A stretch of 56,767 bases of DNA, the filler included, from Sphacelaria rigidula (Eukaryota): NCBI GenBank assembly GCA_964200075.2. It is 3 parts of 3 records of this genome, joined end to end, with 100 filler letters (N's around TTAATTAATTAA, not from the genome) between each part and the next. Parts side by side here need not be neighbours in the genome. Positions count along the whole stretch, not along the records: positions 1 to 18,861 come from CAXNAA020000775.1; 2 more parts are not named here. One strand, given 5' to 3'. The notes under the pieces are model-generated. The model was not told the origin of the DNA. It saw only the letters and a program-made list of their open reading frames with translations, and searched no databases. Positions 1 to 13,100 of the stretch are shown in pieces. The translations under genes and the position numbers were made by a program. Every line of letters begins with the position of its first letter. Position 1 is the first letter of the stretch.

Positions 1-671
1 AGGTGTGTTGTCTTCCCCTGCCCCCGCCCCGAAGGGGGAGGGTTGCGGAGGCAAAAAACCAAAGAAAAAAAAAAAAAAAAGAGCCCCCCCCCCCCCCCCC
101 CCCACTCCTGCACCGCAGTGAACCGCACTGCGCTGTGCCGCACCGCACCGTACTGTATACTGTACCGTAACTAGGTTTCTACTATTCAGTACTGTGTTGT
201 GCACTGCACTGGATTGTGTGCCGTAAGGTACGGTACTTTCCCGTACAAAAACAGTGCAGCACCGTACCTTGAGGATCCGTACTCTGCACGGCTGTTCTGG
301 TTTCTGTGTTCTCGAATCGCCGAGCTCATCGGTCAGCTTCGGTCCTACAAATTTCGGCCAGATTCCATCCTGATGTAGTTTGCGCTCCGATCGCGATCTG
401 TTTTTGGCTCAGAGCAGCTGACAGACGCACTGAAAAGGACCGGGGCAAGGAAATGAAGTCGGGGGTAGAGGTGATGATATTCATTGGCGGCGTGACTACC
501 TCAGTCAAGTCGCCTGATGAGCCGACAACGCCGTTCGCACAACCTCGTTTCGTTTCCCACGGTGCTCCTATGATAACCGCACGGCGTGTGTCGGGGGCTC
601 GCGGGACGCCCCGAAACCTAAGCGGCCACGGATGCCCACCTCCGCTGTGTCGACTTGCGTTCTCGTTGCAG

Positions 672-873
672 CCGTTCCGAGAGCAGCTGGACGAGGCCGG
701 GTTCAGCATAAACACCGCTCCCGAGGTTGCCGCCGGCAGCACCTACGCGATCAATCTCGTCGGCCACCTCAGTTACGACTTGTTCTTCGAGGAGACAATT
801 TTTTCGGGCCTGGGCGAGGTCCAGATCGACGAGCTGTTTAGCCTCATCGGAGCCGTGCTTGCGACCAGCAGGG
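672..873 (+). CDS. Probable internal exon of an unidentified gene
   Basis: Pyrimidine-rich acceptor (ttctcgttgcag|) at 671, an open C/G-ending-codon frame PFREQLDEAGFSINTAPEVAAGSTYAINLVGHLSYDLFFEETIFSGLGEVQIDELFSLIGAVL, and a possible GT donor at 874. No family recognised. Confidence 0.35.
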
Positions 874-1695
874 GTGGGAAGGCGAGTACAGCGGCGGGCG
901 GTCTAAGTGTTCATTTTGTGGCATTTTCTGATTTTGTTCGTGATCGGCGATTTTCTGGCGCTCTTTTCGCTCGCCGCCCCTTATCGTATCGGGGATCTAA
1001 AGAGGTTTGTCTCCGCTCGACATTCTAAGAATAAAAAATCATCTGTGCTCAATATTGAGTGACTTACGGGCTGACTGGTCATGGGGGGGGCCTGTCACAT
1101 TTCAGCCCAAATTGTTATTCTCCTGTACTTTCGGTCGATCGAGCCCGTCCCGATCATAGTTGTAAGAAGATGTGCAGTTTTAGTTTTTGAAAAGTCCGCC
1201 TACTCTCTGCACTAGGGCCGAAAATGTGTGTGTTCACGGCCAATAACACCCTCCACGTAAATGGGTGTTCTAGTCGTTTCTCCCGAAAACATCAACAGAC
1301 ACTCACTCGGGCACTGTGTTTCGAAGATGATCTATTTCGTTGTACCAAAATACACCGACGCTAGCAATTTCGAGTTCTATCGAAGAGTAGTGCTCGAGGC
1401 AAAGCCCGAAACCCCCGCAAAAAGTTAGACCGCCCACTACTGTGGGGGTAAGGACAAGAGGAGTGCTCGACCGTTTTCGTTGTTGTCGAGCCACCCTACG
1501 TTGCTTCCGCGAACCGGGCATGTGCGTCATCCGTGCCCGGCTTCGTCGTATTTCTTTGTGAAATTGGCCTCGCGGTAGCGTGGGCGCAGGACCGATCGGT
1601 CACCCACAGCGCGAACTTCGCTCGGTCACAGTCCTTGTGCACGATATCTCCTTCGTCTTGCCATTTGATAGGTTGATGACCCCGAGTAGGGTTCG

Positions 1696-1696
<1 letters not shown>

Positions 1697-1768
<72 letters not shown>
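1697..1768. repeat. Poly-G homopolymer (72 nt)
   Basis: Uninterrupted G run; the length may be a sequencing artefact. Confidence 0.9.
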
Positions 1769-1769
<1 letters not shown>

Positions 1770-3539
1770 GAGGCGTGGCCGGCGGGTGCGACGAGTAGGC
1801 CGCGATGGCGGTGAGGAATTTTGTTAGGGGCTCCGTTACACGCGCAGTCTTGGTAGGAAAGTCCTCCTAAAAACGAAGCTAAGCGTGACCGTCGGGAAAA
1901 CGTTTCTGCGGATACCACCCCCCCCCTAGATCACTGCGCGGGGCTGGAGCCTCTTGACGGACAGCCGGTTCGACCTGTCCAACGGCCACGCTGAGCCGAG
2001 CTTTGCGGCATTATCGACCGTTTACCGTTATCGGTTGGGAAAGGGAGCGGCCGACGAGCGCAGCAGCCGGTGCAGTACCCGAGACGCCCGACGCGGGGTC
2101 GGTAGGAAGCACACGTGGCCGGAGTGGCACACCGGCGTCGAAAGGGGTTCGGTGAGTCGTGGGTGTGCCGTACCGTCCTGTTACGCCAGCGATAGGTTTT
2201 GAAAAACGTATTGCTCACTGCAGTGGTCTTCTTAGATCAACGGCAATACCCCTCACACATGAACACGCAACTACTTGAGGCGGTGGCTGGCAAAAGCTTC
2301 TGTGGGACAAGGTGGAAACCTACATCGACAACGGCGCATATAGAGCGGTAGCGATCGACGCCTCTCAGCTACCTTAGCGGTTGGCGATAGATAGTGGTGG
2401 CCGCGATTCGGGTTGCCCTGTGAACAGCAAACACATTGGTGGCCGCGATGCGAATTCTATCGTGACCCTCGAAAGACATTGGTGGGCGAAAGTTTGATCC
2501 TGTCGTGACCAAAAATATGTATTGGTGGCCGCAATTTTGAGCCCACTGCAAGAAGCAAAATGTATCGATAGACAACTTGGCCCCTTCAGTGTCACGGCGA
2601 TGATACATTCTGTGCCTTGTCCCGAGTCTATCGTCGCCTACAGTAGCTATCGATAGGCATTGATGCCAGTCGATTACGACTGACGTTGAAGATTGGCGGC
2701 CAAATTTTCGGGGCCATCGCAGCGCCGATCTTCTGTTACATAGTCTACTGCCCGGGGTATATGCACATCTCACCCACACATGAAAGTACTGTGAGCGCTC
2801 ATGTCCATCACTCACGAGTACCAACGCCACACCAACAACAAAACTTGTACGCCCTTGTCCACACATATTGCGGATGCTTACAACATACAAGCGTTCCAAA
2901 GTTGTAGAAACGTGACGCCACATACTCACAACTCGCATTACTGTGTACCCACTGCATGTCTACCTGCGGCTTCCCTACCGTACCTTCACGGAGTATAATA
3001 TGCTCCGTGCGTAGTACGTTGCGATGTAGGTGCGACAGTAGACGACAGAGGATATCTATCGGTAGGCATCGTATGTATCTATCGATATTCGTTGCCGCCA
3101 TGAGTAGATTTATCACGCTACCTATCAATGGCGATTTCCGTCATCAACCTATCTCGTGTACAATCTGTCAAAAGCAGTCGTCGTCCTCAACAGATTTGGC
3201 ACGCGGTTTATCCATGACCGTTGCCGTCATGGAAAGGTTTGGAAAGCTACCGATCGATACATTCGGTCGGCCGCAATAGATTCCCGTGCAGGGAGGGTCA
3301 CGACAGACTGCTGTCCGGACAACAGTGTGGGAAAGTGGGTCTATCGGTAGACATTACCGACGACAAGAGAAAGAGAAACTTGCCGATCGATGGCCATGAC
3401 GGACGGCAATCTTGGCACCTGCCGCAGCAGATTACATCGCTACTGCGATGGGTGTCGTCTGTTGTCCAGGGGATGCTCTAAGAACTTCTCTTTCCTTCAG
3501 GCCGTTCTCAGTGACGATGCATCGAGCCTGCTATTGACA

Positions 3540-4920
3540 CATGGTGGTGATCGGCAAATCAGCGCGCGTCTTCAAAAACATGTGGCACTGCGATCCGACG
3601 AGGTCTTATCAAACGGAGTGCCAAACCGTACAGGCTGGGCCGCCGAAGATTCGAACAGGAATGTTGAAACGCACGTGTCTTGGGCTCAACTTTGAGTCGA
3701 ATTTGATGCAATTCCGACATGATGCAGAGGACATTCATGCCGAGACCCCGAAAATCACCCCCCGTATTTTTGTTGCTTTTCTCCGTCAGTTATTGGCGAT
3801 TTTGCTTCGACAAAACTGTCCTGAAATATTTTCGTCGCCGATAACCCACGAAGAAAAGCAACAAAAACACGAGGGGGAGGATTTACGGGGTCTTTGCATG
3901 TACGTCCTGTCCATCGTGTCGAAAGTCCATCGAAAACAATCCTAAATCGAGCGCAGAATGTGGGTCATTACGTCGACAACCGGTTTCTGTAGGATATGGA
4001 CGTGGACCAGTTACAAATAATTTGAAGGCATTTATGCTGTTCGATTTCAAGCTGTTTTCGATGAAATTTTGACACGATGTACAAAATGTATGTGCCAATA
4101 CCGAGCCTTTCGTCCCATGTCATATTTTCTTCTTCGTGAGTTATTGGCAGTTCTGTTCAGGAAAACCTGTTCTGAAAGGTTCCGTCGCCAGCAGCTCCCG
4201 AAGAAAAGAAAACAAAAAACACGGGAGGCAACTTCAAGCTGTTTTCGACCAAATTTTGACACGATGTACAAAACGTATGTGCCAATACCGAACCGTTCCT
4301 CCTACGTCATATTTTCTTCTTCGTGAGTTATTGGCGATTCTGTTTAGGAAGAACTGTTCTGAGAGGTTCCGTCGCCAATAACTCGCGAAGAAAAGGAAAC
4401 AAAAAACACGGGAGGAACGAAGGGGTGTTGGCACATACGTCCCGTACATCGTGCCAAAAACAATTTAATCGAGAAGGACTGCATTTCGAGCTCGGGAATT
4501 ATGCTGCAACTCGTGCTGCACCACGCGGCACAAAACTGACTGTAACCGAAAGTCCGATATCAGCCGTTGTGCTTTGGCTAATTCCGCCGCGCATACTACC
4601 GTCAACTCTCTACTCTTTCGCACTTGACTACAGCTTGGTGCTTCGTTTGATGAGACCTTGTCGGATCGCAGTGCTACATGGATTTCAAGACGCGCGCTGA
4701 TTTGGCGATTGCCGCGATGTGTCATAGTAGGCGCAAATCGCCAGTTAGAACGAGCTGGAGCAAAGCGAGCGCCTTGGGCAGCCCAGCCTGTACTCAAGCG
4801 CCGAAACGTAGAGAGTTGAGGGTACTATACGCGGCGGAATTTGCCAAACAAACGGCTGGAATTAGATTCTCCTCGGTTACAGTCGGCTGTGCCGCGTGGT
4901 GCTGCGCAAGCTGCGATCGT
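3540..4920. mobile_element. Foldback/MITE-like composite repeat with nested inverted repeats
   Basis: ~3552-3620 is an inverted copy of ~4640-4710. Internal ~187-bp units at ~4046-4232 and ~4233-4450, plus a related unit at ~3700-3950, are each self-complementary (ttcttcgtgagttattggcga...tcgccaataactcgcgaagaa). ~4515-4615 is an inverted copy of ~4805-4905. Confidence 0.7.
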
Positions 4921-5277
4921 ACAACAACACGTGTCGCACTACGCGCGCAGTCTCCAAGAATGCACGCAGACGAGGCCCCCAGCGCGCCAACGCGTCTGGT
5001 AGTACTGTGCGAACCAACGAGCAGTGTGTGAAGACCTCTGAGCCAAGAGGAGAAGGAGACGAGTTGATTTCGAGAGAATGACGCGATTCCCGACCTCAAT
5101 CTCGAGTCGTTTTGGATTTAATTTTGACACGGTGCACGGCTTGTGTGACACTCTTCCAGGGTACCGCGTGTCGAGTATACCCTCCTGGACCCGTCTCTGG
5201 AAAATTGCCAGTGATGCCCCCGAAGCCCACACCACGTCTCGCCCGTTGCCTCCCGCCTGCTGTCGTCCGTTCGTTAG

Positions 5278-5895
5278 GCTTGGGACGCTCATGACCGCGT
5301 CCTGGGCTTCTCTTCCGTGGGGCGTACGGCGGGCGGGGGACATCATCTCGCCAAGATTGATGTCATGACTCTCTTTGACGAGCTCCTGACCGCCAACATT
5401 TATCACCGGGTCGGGCTTGAGGTGGGATTTGGAACAGGTTACGTTGTCGCCGCGTATCTCGGGCGTGGCTTCACCTCGGTCATCGCCCTCGACACCCCGG
5501 GGAACGGCACCACCGTGATGAACACCTTCGAGCCGGACCCCCGCGTGGTCCTTTACGAAGGATATGGCGAGCACTTCAAGTTGCACCATATGCTCGACGC
5601 GCGCGTCACGACCGTGACGTGCATAGTAGGCGACTCGTCACTGACGGAGCATGTCGCCGACCTCTTCCTGTCGAGCCCCTACGCGTGCGAGCTGGCGTTC
5701 CTCCTCCCGCATCGGGACTGTGACGCCGAAAAAATGCTCCGGGACAGCGGTGCTGTGGACATCAGGGCGCGCTTGGCCGTGAGGTTGGCCCGATCATCTG
5801 GTACACGCACCGTGGTAGTGGCGGTGAAGAAGCGGCCCCCGAAGGGCAAGAACAAGATACGCTGCTCCTGCACCCGTCACGAGCCGGACATCTGA
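5278..5895 (+). CDS. Class I SAM-dependent methyltransferase-like protein, terminal exon (upstream exons unresolved)
   Basis: Acceptor ccgttcgttag| at 5277 opens a 205-codon frame ending in TGA at 5895. Motif I-like GLEVGFGTG, followed by VIALD (acidic residue ending beta2) and VVLYEG; C/G-rich third positions. Confidence 0.6.
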   Translation, partial: AWDAHDRVLGFSSVGRTAGGGHHLAKIDVMTLFDELLTANIYHRVGLEVGFGTGYVVAAYLGRGFTSVIALDTPGNGTTVMNTFEPDPRVVLYEGYGEHFKLHHMLDARVTTVTCIVGDSSLTEHVADLFLSSPYACELAFLLPHRDCDAEKMLRDSGAVDIRARLAVRLARSSGTRTVVVAVKKRPPKGKNKIRCSCTRHEPDI

Positions 5896-6129
5896 GGCAG
5901 GGGTCACGGAGCCAGTGCGCACCCCCGCTCTCCTGTTGGAACCCAAGATGCCTACATTCTTACGGACAGAATAGCAGTAGGATTGGGGCCTTCCCCCGGC
6001 AGCAGTACAAGCACAGAGAGTACTCGCGGTACGAGCTGGGCCAGCCTAGGCTTAGTTTGGAGCATGCAGGGCCATTCACGGGGTGGGGGTAAGAGTCTGG
6101 CATGGACAATCCATGGGGCACAACAAACG

Positions 6130-6490
6130 AAGGAAGTATACATGGCCCCACCGATACTTTTGCATTTTAGGATCGAATGGCTTTTCACGAGAACGTGGAA
6201 TGTGGTCGTTCCCTTTCACTCCTGGAAAGAAGAGCAAAAACCTCCTCGGGTCCGCGCACATCTATTTGTACCGTGCTCTATTGATTGTTATTGATCGTGC
6301 GTACCAGAAGTCAGGGTCCAACCCTGAGTATTGAATCACGAATCGGTCGTCTGAGAACGAGGTCGGCAAAAATTCGCAGCAGTACCTTCAAGTCTGCTCA
6401 CGGGCCCACGTCTGGTGTTTGTGTCCTGGAGGGTTGTGTGCCACCTCGGCGAGGCATCGTGAAACAAGAGACGCTTTATGGTGAGGTTGT
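6130..6490. repeat. Diverged direct copy of 9290-9630 (unidentified repeat or decayed coding segment)
   Basis: Colinear similarity including the shared block ccagaagtcagggtccaaccctgagtattgaatca and gagaacgaggtcggcaaaaattcg. Confidence 0.85.
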
Positions 6491-7584
6491 GGTTGTCGTT
6501 TCGGTTGACTCTTTTCCCCCTACCTTTTCACGACGTAAGGTCTGCATTGGGACGAGCAAACGTTTCGGTTTCTTTTCTTCCTTTGCCCTGCGTGCCCACC
6601 GTTGACAACGTTTTCGTGAAATTGAGAGTAGAGCGCTGATTGAGAGTGGCTTCGATCACTCGCTTCAACTCGGCCAATTTCTCACTCCGTGTGTGCTTTT
6701 CTTCGCCTTCGTCACTCGCGTGAGCTCACGACTACACATCGATAGGCTACTCGGGAATAGCAAGAGCCTCAGTGGCAAGCTACTGCAGAAAGCATGTTGG
6801 GCGTCGTGGGAGGGCATTTCGGAAGTAAAACGATCCATGCACTAATTGACCGCTTTCCACTCTCAATCGTCTCCTCTTCCAGCAGGGGGCAGCGAAAAAC
6901 AAAATCCAGGACACGTAGGCCCCTAGATCGAAAATTCGAGATTTCGAGGGGGGCGGGGGGGGGGGGGGACACCCAGCCGTTTGCCCCCTGTTTTTTTTTC
7001 CCAGGCGTTGGCGGATGCGGTCAGCTGCCTGCCGTGGACAGTATATATCTATATATATATATATAGGTATAGATATATATACATCACGTATCGTATGTGA
7101 TGTACTATTTGTCATGTATTATGTTTCAGACATCAAATTTCATGTATGAGATTCCATACCACCTCTGTTCCGGAATGTGAGTCCGATTTGGACAAAACGC
7201 GAACACAACCGACGTGGCGATCTTCCTTTGCAGTCGCGAGTTCGATTCCCACTTCGAACACATTGTTTTTTTTCCGAGAGAAGCACCTTTTTTCTTCTTC
7301 ATTTATTCTCCCTTCACGTTGTTCTTTCGCTTGAAGGGTCCCAATTTTGGGCACCCTGTAGTTTTCCCTCCGGTCACAAGGGAAGATGTATTTTTCTCCC
7401 TCAGAGTATCCCTCCACAGGTGGCCACGTATGGTCACGTTCCACATAAAGGAAAAGGTCGGGAAAAAATATGTATGTATCCCTCGCTCCGTGCGGGAGAG
7501 AAAAAGGACACGCTAGTTTTCTTTACTCCCCAGATATCTGGAAGATCCCTCTCGGGGAAAAGACAAGCCACGGAAGGGGGTGCA

Positions 7585-7691
7585 ATGCTACGGTAGGGGT
7601 GCACTTTTTTCGCGAAATTTTGTCTGGGTCAGGGGCTCCTAACAATTCTAATCTCAGAAATTATTTCTGTACCCCTACCGTAGCATCACTC
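7585..7691. repeat. Small inverted-repeat element (16-bp arms ATGCTACGGTAGGGGT)
   Basis: 7585-7600 and 7671-7686 are perfect reverse complements. ~7632-7691 recurs inverted at 13736-13792, with 21 bp perfect. Confidence 0.75.
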
Positions 7692-8369
7692 AGGGGTTGA
7701 AAGTCGATCATCCCCTGCTTTTGGCCACTTCTTCAACCACACTACCTGTCCGAGAACGATGAATTGAAAATGGCGCGAAAACCCCTTTTCCAACGCCACC
7801 AGGTGCGAAACCGGGCTTATTTCTGGGAAATAGACATCGGACTCATGTTCCGCAACAGAGGGAGTATATTATATTTCATGTACGGTATTTCATATGCTGT
7901 ATGTAATATCATACAGGTCTGTATTATTCGTGTGCTCGTTCTCCTCAACATATGCCATGTATACTATATCCATATAGTATACATTATTTACAAGTATACA
8001 GGCGAATGACTATCAAGGGGCAGTATAAACTATTTCGTATAAAGTGTACATGTGATCCTTATATTTTGTATTATATATAGAAATATGTGAAGGAGCAGAA
8101 GCAAACATACACACCGCAACGCCCACCAAACGTTTCGGATTTTGTCAGTGATCATTGATGAGTTTCTTGCAACAAAAATAACAGAAGATATCCGAGAAGT
8201 CAGGATAATTTGAATCGTCGAAACAATGCCTTCCGGCATCCGAGGTCATCGGGACAGAACGGACGAGGAGCAGAAGCAGATACAGGGACCCCGCCGAGCC
8301 CACCAGACGTTTCGGTTTTCGTTAGCGTCTATTGATCAATTTCTGACGGAAAGATTATCACAAGAAGAA

Positions 8370-9283
8370 AAAGAAGAAAAAAAACAAAACAGTGTCTACT
8401 GATCAATCCCTTGCGGCAAACTCGACAAGACAAATATCGAAACAAATCATGACAACTCTAGAAAAAAATGCCCTCCGCGAGGCGGGCTACGTGTCCGAAG
8501 GATCTATCCGCGCTGCCCCCTGCCTCTACTCTCAACTTCAAGAAAGCACTGCTTGCTGTGACGGACTCCTGTTACGCATGCGGTTCTCTTCAGCCGTCGC
8601 ATGCTGACAAGAGCAAAAACCTGCGGTCGTGCGGTCGCTGGTGTCCACGTTCGACCCACCGTCCCTCGAGTGCGGTACGACCGAAAAAAACGAAAGAGAC
8701 AAGACAACGGGGCCTGGAACGGGATCTGGAGGTCCCACGGCCGCTCGCGGGGTGAGGGTGGGAGTCGAACCCTCAAGCCTGGCGAGGACAGTCCACGGGA
8801 CCCGAAAGAAAAGATGATCCCAAGAAGAAAAAAAACAAAACAGTGTCTACTGATCAATCCCTTGCGGCAAACTCGACAAGACAAATATCGAAACAAATCA
8901 TGACAACTCTAGAAAAAAATGCCCTCCGCGAGGCGGGCTACGTGTCCGAAGGATCTATCCGCGCTGCCCCCTGCCTCTACTCTCAACTTCAAGAAAGCAC
9001 TGCTTGCTGTGACGGACTCCTGTTACGCATGCGGTTCTCTTCAGCCGTCGCATGCTGACAAGAGCAAAAACCTGCGGTCGTGCGGTCGCTGGTGTCCACG
9101 TTCGACCCACCGTCCCTCGAGTGCGGTACGACCGAAAAAAACGAAAGAGACAAGACAACGGGGCCTGGAACGGGATCTGGAGGTCCCACGGCCGCTCGCG
9201 GGGTGAGGGTTGGAGTCGAACCCTCAAGCCTGGCGAGGACAGTCCACGGGACCCGAAAGAAAAGATGATCCCGAGAAGAAAAA
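8370..9283. repeat. Near-perfect tandem duplication, 451-bp period
   Basis: Identical ORF translations at 8392/8843, 8468/8919 and 8629/9080; only isolated mismatches seen (e.g. 8760 vs 9211). Confidence 0.95.
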
Positions 9284-10131
9284 AAAGAAAGAAGTATGCA
9301 TGGCCCCACCGACACTTTTGCATTTCAGGATCGAGTTTTTTTTCACGGGAACGTGGAAATCGGTTATTGCCTTCCACTCCCGAGAAGAAGAGCAAAACCC
9401 TCGTCGGGTCGACGCACAACTGTTTGTACCGTGCTCTATTGACTGTGCATGCCAGAAGTCAGGGTCCAACCCTGAGTATTGAATCAGGAGTGGGCCGTTT
9501 GAGAACGAGGTCGGCAAAAATTCGGAACAGTACTTTAAAGTCCACTCGTCGCCCCACGCCTGGTGTTTGTGTCTTGAAGGGTTGTGGGCCACCTCGGCGG
9601 GGCGTCGTCAACGGAGATGATCTTCAGGGTGAGGTTTTCATTTCCTTTGCGTTTTCTCCCGCTACTCTCAGGGCGTTTCTTTCAGTACGAGAATGTCCCA
9701 ACCTCCCTTGCCCCCCGGAAAAGTGGAGGCCATTTGTTTCCATTCAGCATATACCTTATCCTCGCGTGCTGCCAGCCATGGCTTGTTTGCAGTTTCCCCT
9801 CCTCACGGAGAGTCTTCTGCTGCATGCTGTAGATGAATAAATTTCGGATCGGTCACCGCTTTGAATGGGATTGGATGCTACTGAAGACTTTCAACGTGAG
9901 GGGTCACATTTTGTACTGTTCTCAACATTTTTGGAGGAAAACCAAGGTAAACGACGCATTTTTCCTCCTCTCCGGCGGCGCTCCCGCGGGGCCGTTTCAC
10001 CACCCGGGGGGGAAAAGGGGCGTTTGCGGCTCTCAAAACACTTCAGGGCCGGCACCAATAAAATCATGCACGCCCAGGCGTGTGAATGCCTCAAGAACAC
10101 CGCAATGAACGCGCCCGACGGTCCCAACCGT

Positions 10132-13100
10132 CTACGAGCTATCTTTCTCTCCCGCAGAGGCCTCGTCGCGATTGTGACGCATGACACAGCGGTTATACCA
10201 CTGGGTGACGGAGTCATTGCCTTTCTGTTTCTCCGCCGCGTCGAGCATTTTTTCCACCTGCGACTCATAGGTATCACACGGCTTGTTGGCCTGGTTTGCG
10301 AGCGAGCGGGAGGGTCGGGGGCACGCGGGCGGGGGGCATGGACGCTTACAGGGTGCGGATCCATTCTCCATGCGAACGGCAGCAAGAACGAACGTGTTGA
10401 GGTATAACTTCTTCTCACTGGCTCAGTGCCGGCGCGTACAAATAAGAAGCGCGGGGTAGTCAGCCGCGCCATGCCATCCCACAGAGCTCGAAACTCTCAA
10501 GCTGATTAGCCGGGTCGGGGTAGGTCACCTGCACGAGAAGGAGCAACGATTCCATGTACTTTCCGGCTTGTCTGTAGCGGTTGTAGGTGCTGCTCGACGC
10601 CCAGGCGTTGGCCTGCCTCAGGGTCACCCGTCCGTGGCTCCTCAGGTTCAGCCCCTCCCCCGTGCCCTGGACGAAGGCAGGGCCACGACCGGCCCAGCAC
10701 TCCCAGAGGGAGCTGAGCTCACGCCCGGGGGTCCCACATTGGCCCAGGCCGGGGAGCTTCCCCGTGAACCATCCCTCTCGATGGGGCTGAGCTTCTTCTG
10801 GCTCCGGCTTTTTATCGAGCAACCGGCGGAGCCTGTCCGCCCCTTCTCCTGTCTCCGACGCCAGTTGAACAGCCACCTCCATCAGCTTCCGCGCTGTTTT
10901 CTCGGATCGTTCCACCAGTTCCTGAAGGGAGTCAAGCTGTCGCATCGTCCCGTTTTTTTTTTCGTTTTTTGCGTCGGGTGGGAGCGAGGGGCGGGGTCAA
11001 CAGGGATCAGGGGTTTGCCACCCGAGGCAGGCGGCACGAGGTCAGTTCCACGCGTATCGAAGCATGCGCACCACACAGGTCGGGGAGCGAAACAGCACGG
11101 TGCGTTATGACCTTCTCACCCGAGCAGTGATGGCTTCTTGCCTACTCGACATAAGGTTCAGCTCGTCCGCCACGGCGGGGGATACACCAGACTTCAGCCG
11201 CGCAGCCGCCTCCTCCCCCTTGAGCTTGCCAATCTCCGCCAGCGCAGGCTCCGCCCAATCCAAGAACAGCCGGCTGTTGAAGGGATACTTCTTGTAGAGG
11301 GCGAAATCGGGGAAGCGAGGGCGCAACTCCACGGCCCCCCGGCAGAGGACCAGCCGGAGATGACACATGAGCTCCAGGGTAGCTCTCTCCGTGTTGGTGG
11401 TTGCCGTGCAGCCACCCCATTCGCCGCCGGCCTCGAGTTTATCGAGGGCGGCCGTGAACCCCTTGAAAACCTCGCGACACAACGCGGGAGGCACTTCTAC
11501 TTCCTGCCGCGCGCAAAAGTATGTTGCCGTTGCTGCCGTCTGCCCTCTCCCCACGGCTCCGCTTTGACTGATGGCAGACATCGTCGACAGAGGGCGATAG
11601 ACCAGGGTGCTTGTACCGATCGATCCTCCTCTCGAATCCTTCGCGTGAGTTACGCATTGTGTCTCGAGGGGCGGCACCCTGCCGCGGCGGCGGCGGATAA
11701 ACAGGGGCATGCAAGGAGGGGGTATCACAAGGAAATCGCTTAGTCCTATTTGTGCCGCTAACGCGATAAGAAAAGAGCATGACCCACTCGCACGGCGGAC
11801 ACACGATCGATCGTACGCTCGTGCGGGGACTGGTACCAGCCGCCGGTGTAGCAAGCGACCCCGGCCATAGTGTCCCGGGACTTCACCCTCACCTATTTCG
11901 AGCATCCTCCTGAGATGCGCTGACACGTGCACCGTGCACCACCTTTCCCCAGACGCCGGCGCCCCGGTGCAGCGAGCGCACGCTGGAGTACTGGGCACTT
12001 TCCGTGTACGGCGTCCCATGTCGCTGCCCCGTAAATACCCGAGCTGTGTACCACTTTGCCCGGTCTTCGAAGTTTGGAAGGTCGTCCTTGTCGACATCAA
12101 AACGCCAGAAAAGATAAAGCGCGAGGGAAAAGATAGGGCAGAGGGTGACGTCCAACGCTTCCAAGCACATGATGCTCCTGGCGCGGCCGTATTTTATCGT
12201 CTTTCCTTTCCTTCAGACGCAGAGAGCATGGCGACACAAAAGATGCGGGCGGGGGGGAGCAATCGGCTCTGTGTTCAGGAATCGCCACGTGACCTTCACG
12301 TAGCGGTCATTCTCGGAGTCAACCTGCCAACGCGGGTGATTTATGGTTGCAGGCAATTGCCGGAGCCACACGCTTGAGCAGCAACTGCGAAACAAGGGAG
12401 AGGGTTTCCACCCTACAGGGACTGATGGCTCGTCATGTACTCACGCGCCCACTCACTCACTCACTCACTCACTCACTCACTCACTCACTCACTCACTCAC
12501 TCACTTACTCACGCCATGATGAAGCTCAATCGGGGACATACTCACCTCACAGTCACGAGCATTGCCCGAGTGGGTGCCCGCCCGACCTGGGGGGTGAGGT
12601 CTTCAGGCAGAAGAGCGAGGTTGTTGAACGTGAGACCCCTGGTCAGCTCGCCGCGACAGATCAGCGCGTGCCTGGCGGACAGCGAAACGTGGGCCGGGGT
12701 CGTGCCGTACGTGAGAAGTCTTGTGCACGAGACCTCTCACTGTTAATCGAGGTCAAGATCGTGTAGTTGGTGTGAATTCGGGTTGGAGTTTACTCGAGTT
12801 GGAGCTACGCCGAGTTGCATTATTGAACGACTCACCTCAGGTTTGTATCGGCCAAGAGTCGGAGCGAATCTCCTGGCAGCGCCGGGTTCGACGCGGTTGC
12901 GGAACGGAGGACAAAAGAGGCACACGACGGTGGTGGGCGCGTTTATCGTTCGTGGCTGAGACGGTGGGGCGTGTCGTCGATTCATCTATAATTGCTACTG
13001 CAGCCCACATAGTGTGTGCTCCGCCTCGCGGCTTGACCCCAGCTTACTTGGGTTTTGCCTGGGGAACAGCGTTCCTGCCATCGACCTGTGTCGTGTCTTC

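Noticed and set aside
1496-1918. Poly-Pro and poly-Gly ORFs
   Set aside because: They are translations of the 72-nt G homopolymer, with no other coding signal.
5317-5500. DOT1 or DNA-methyltransferase assignment for the MTase
   Set aside because: No YGE or DLGSG DOT1 motif and no DPPY/NPPY/PC motif; only the generic class I fold is supportable.
12213-12215. In-frame TGA just before RKGKT, suggesting a recombinase pseudogene
   Set aside because: It lies inside the predicted intron (acceptor tgaag ending at 12211); splicing from 12546 restores V-R-K-G-K-T.
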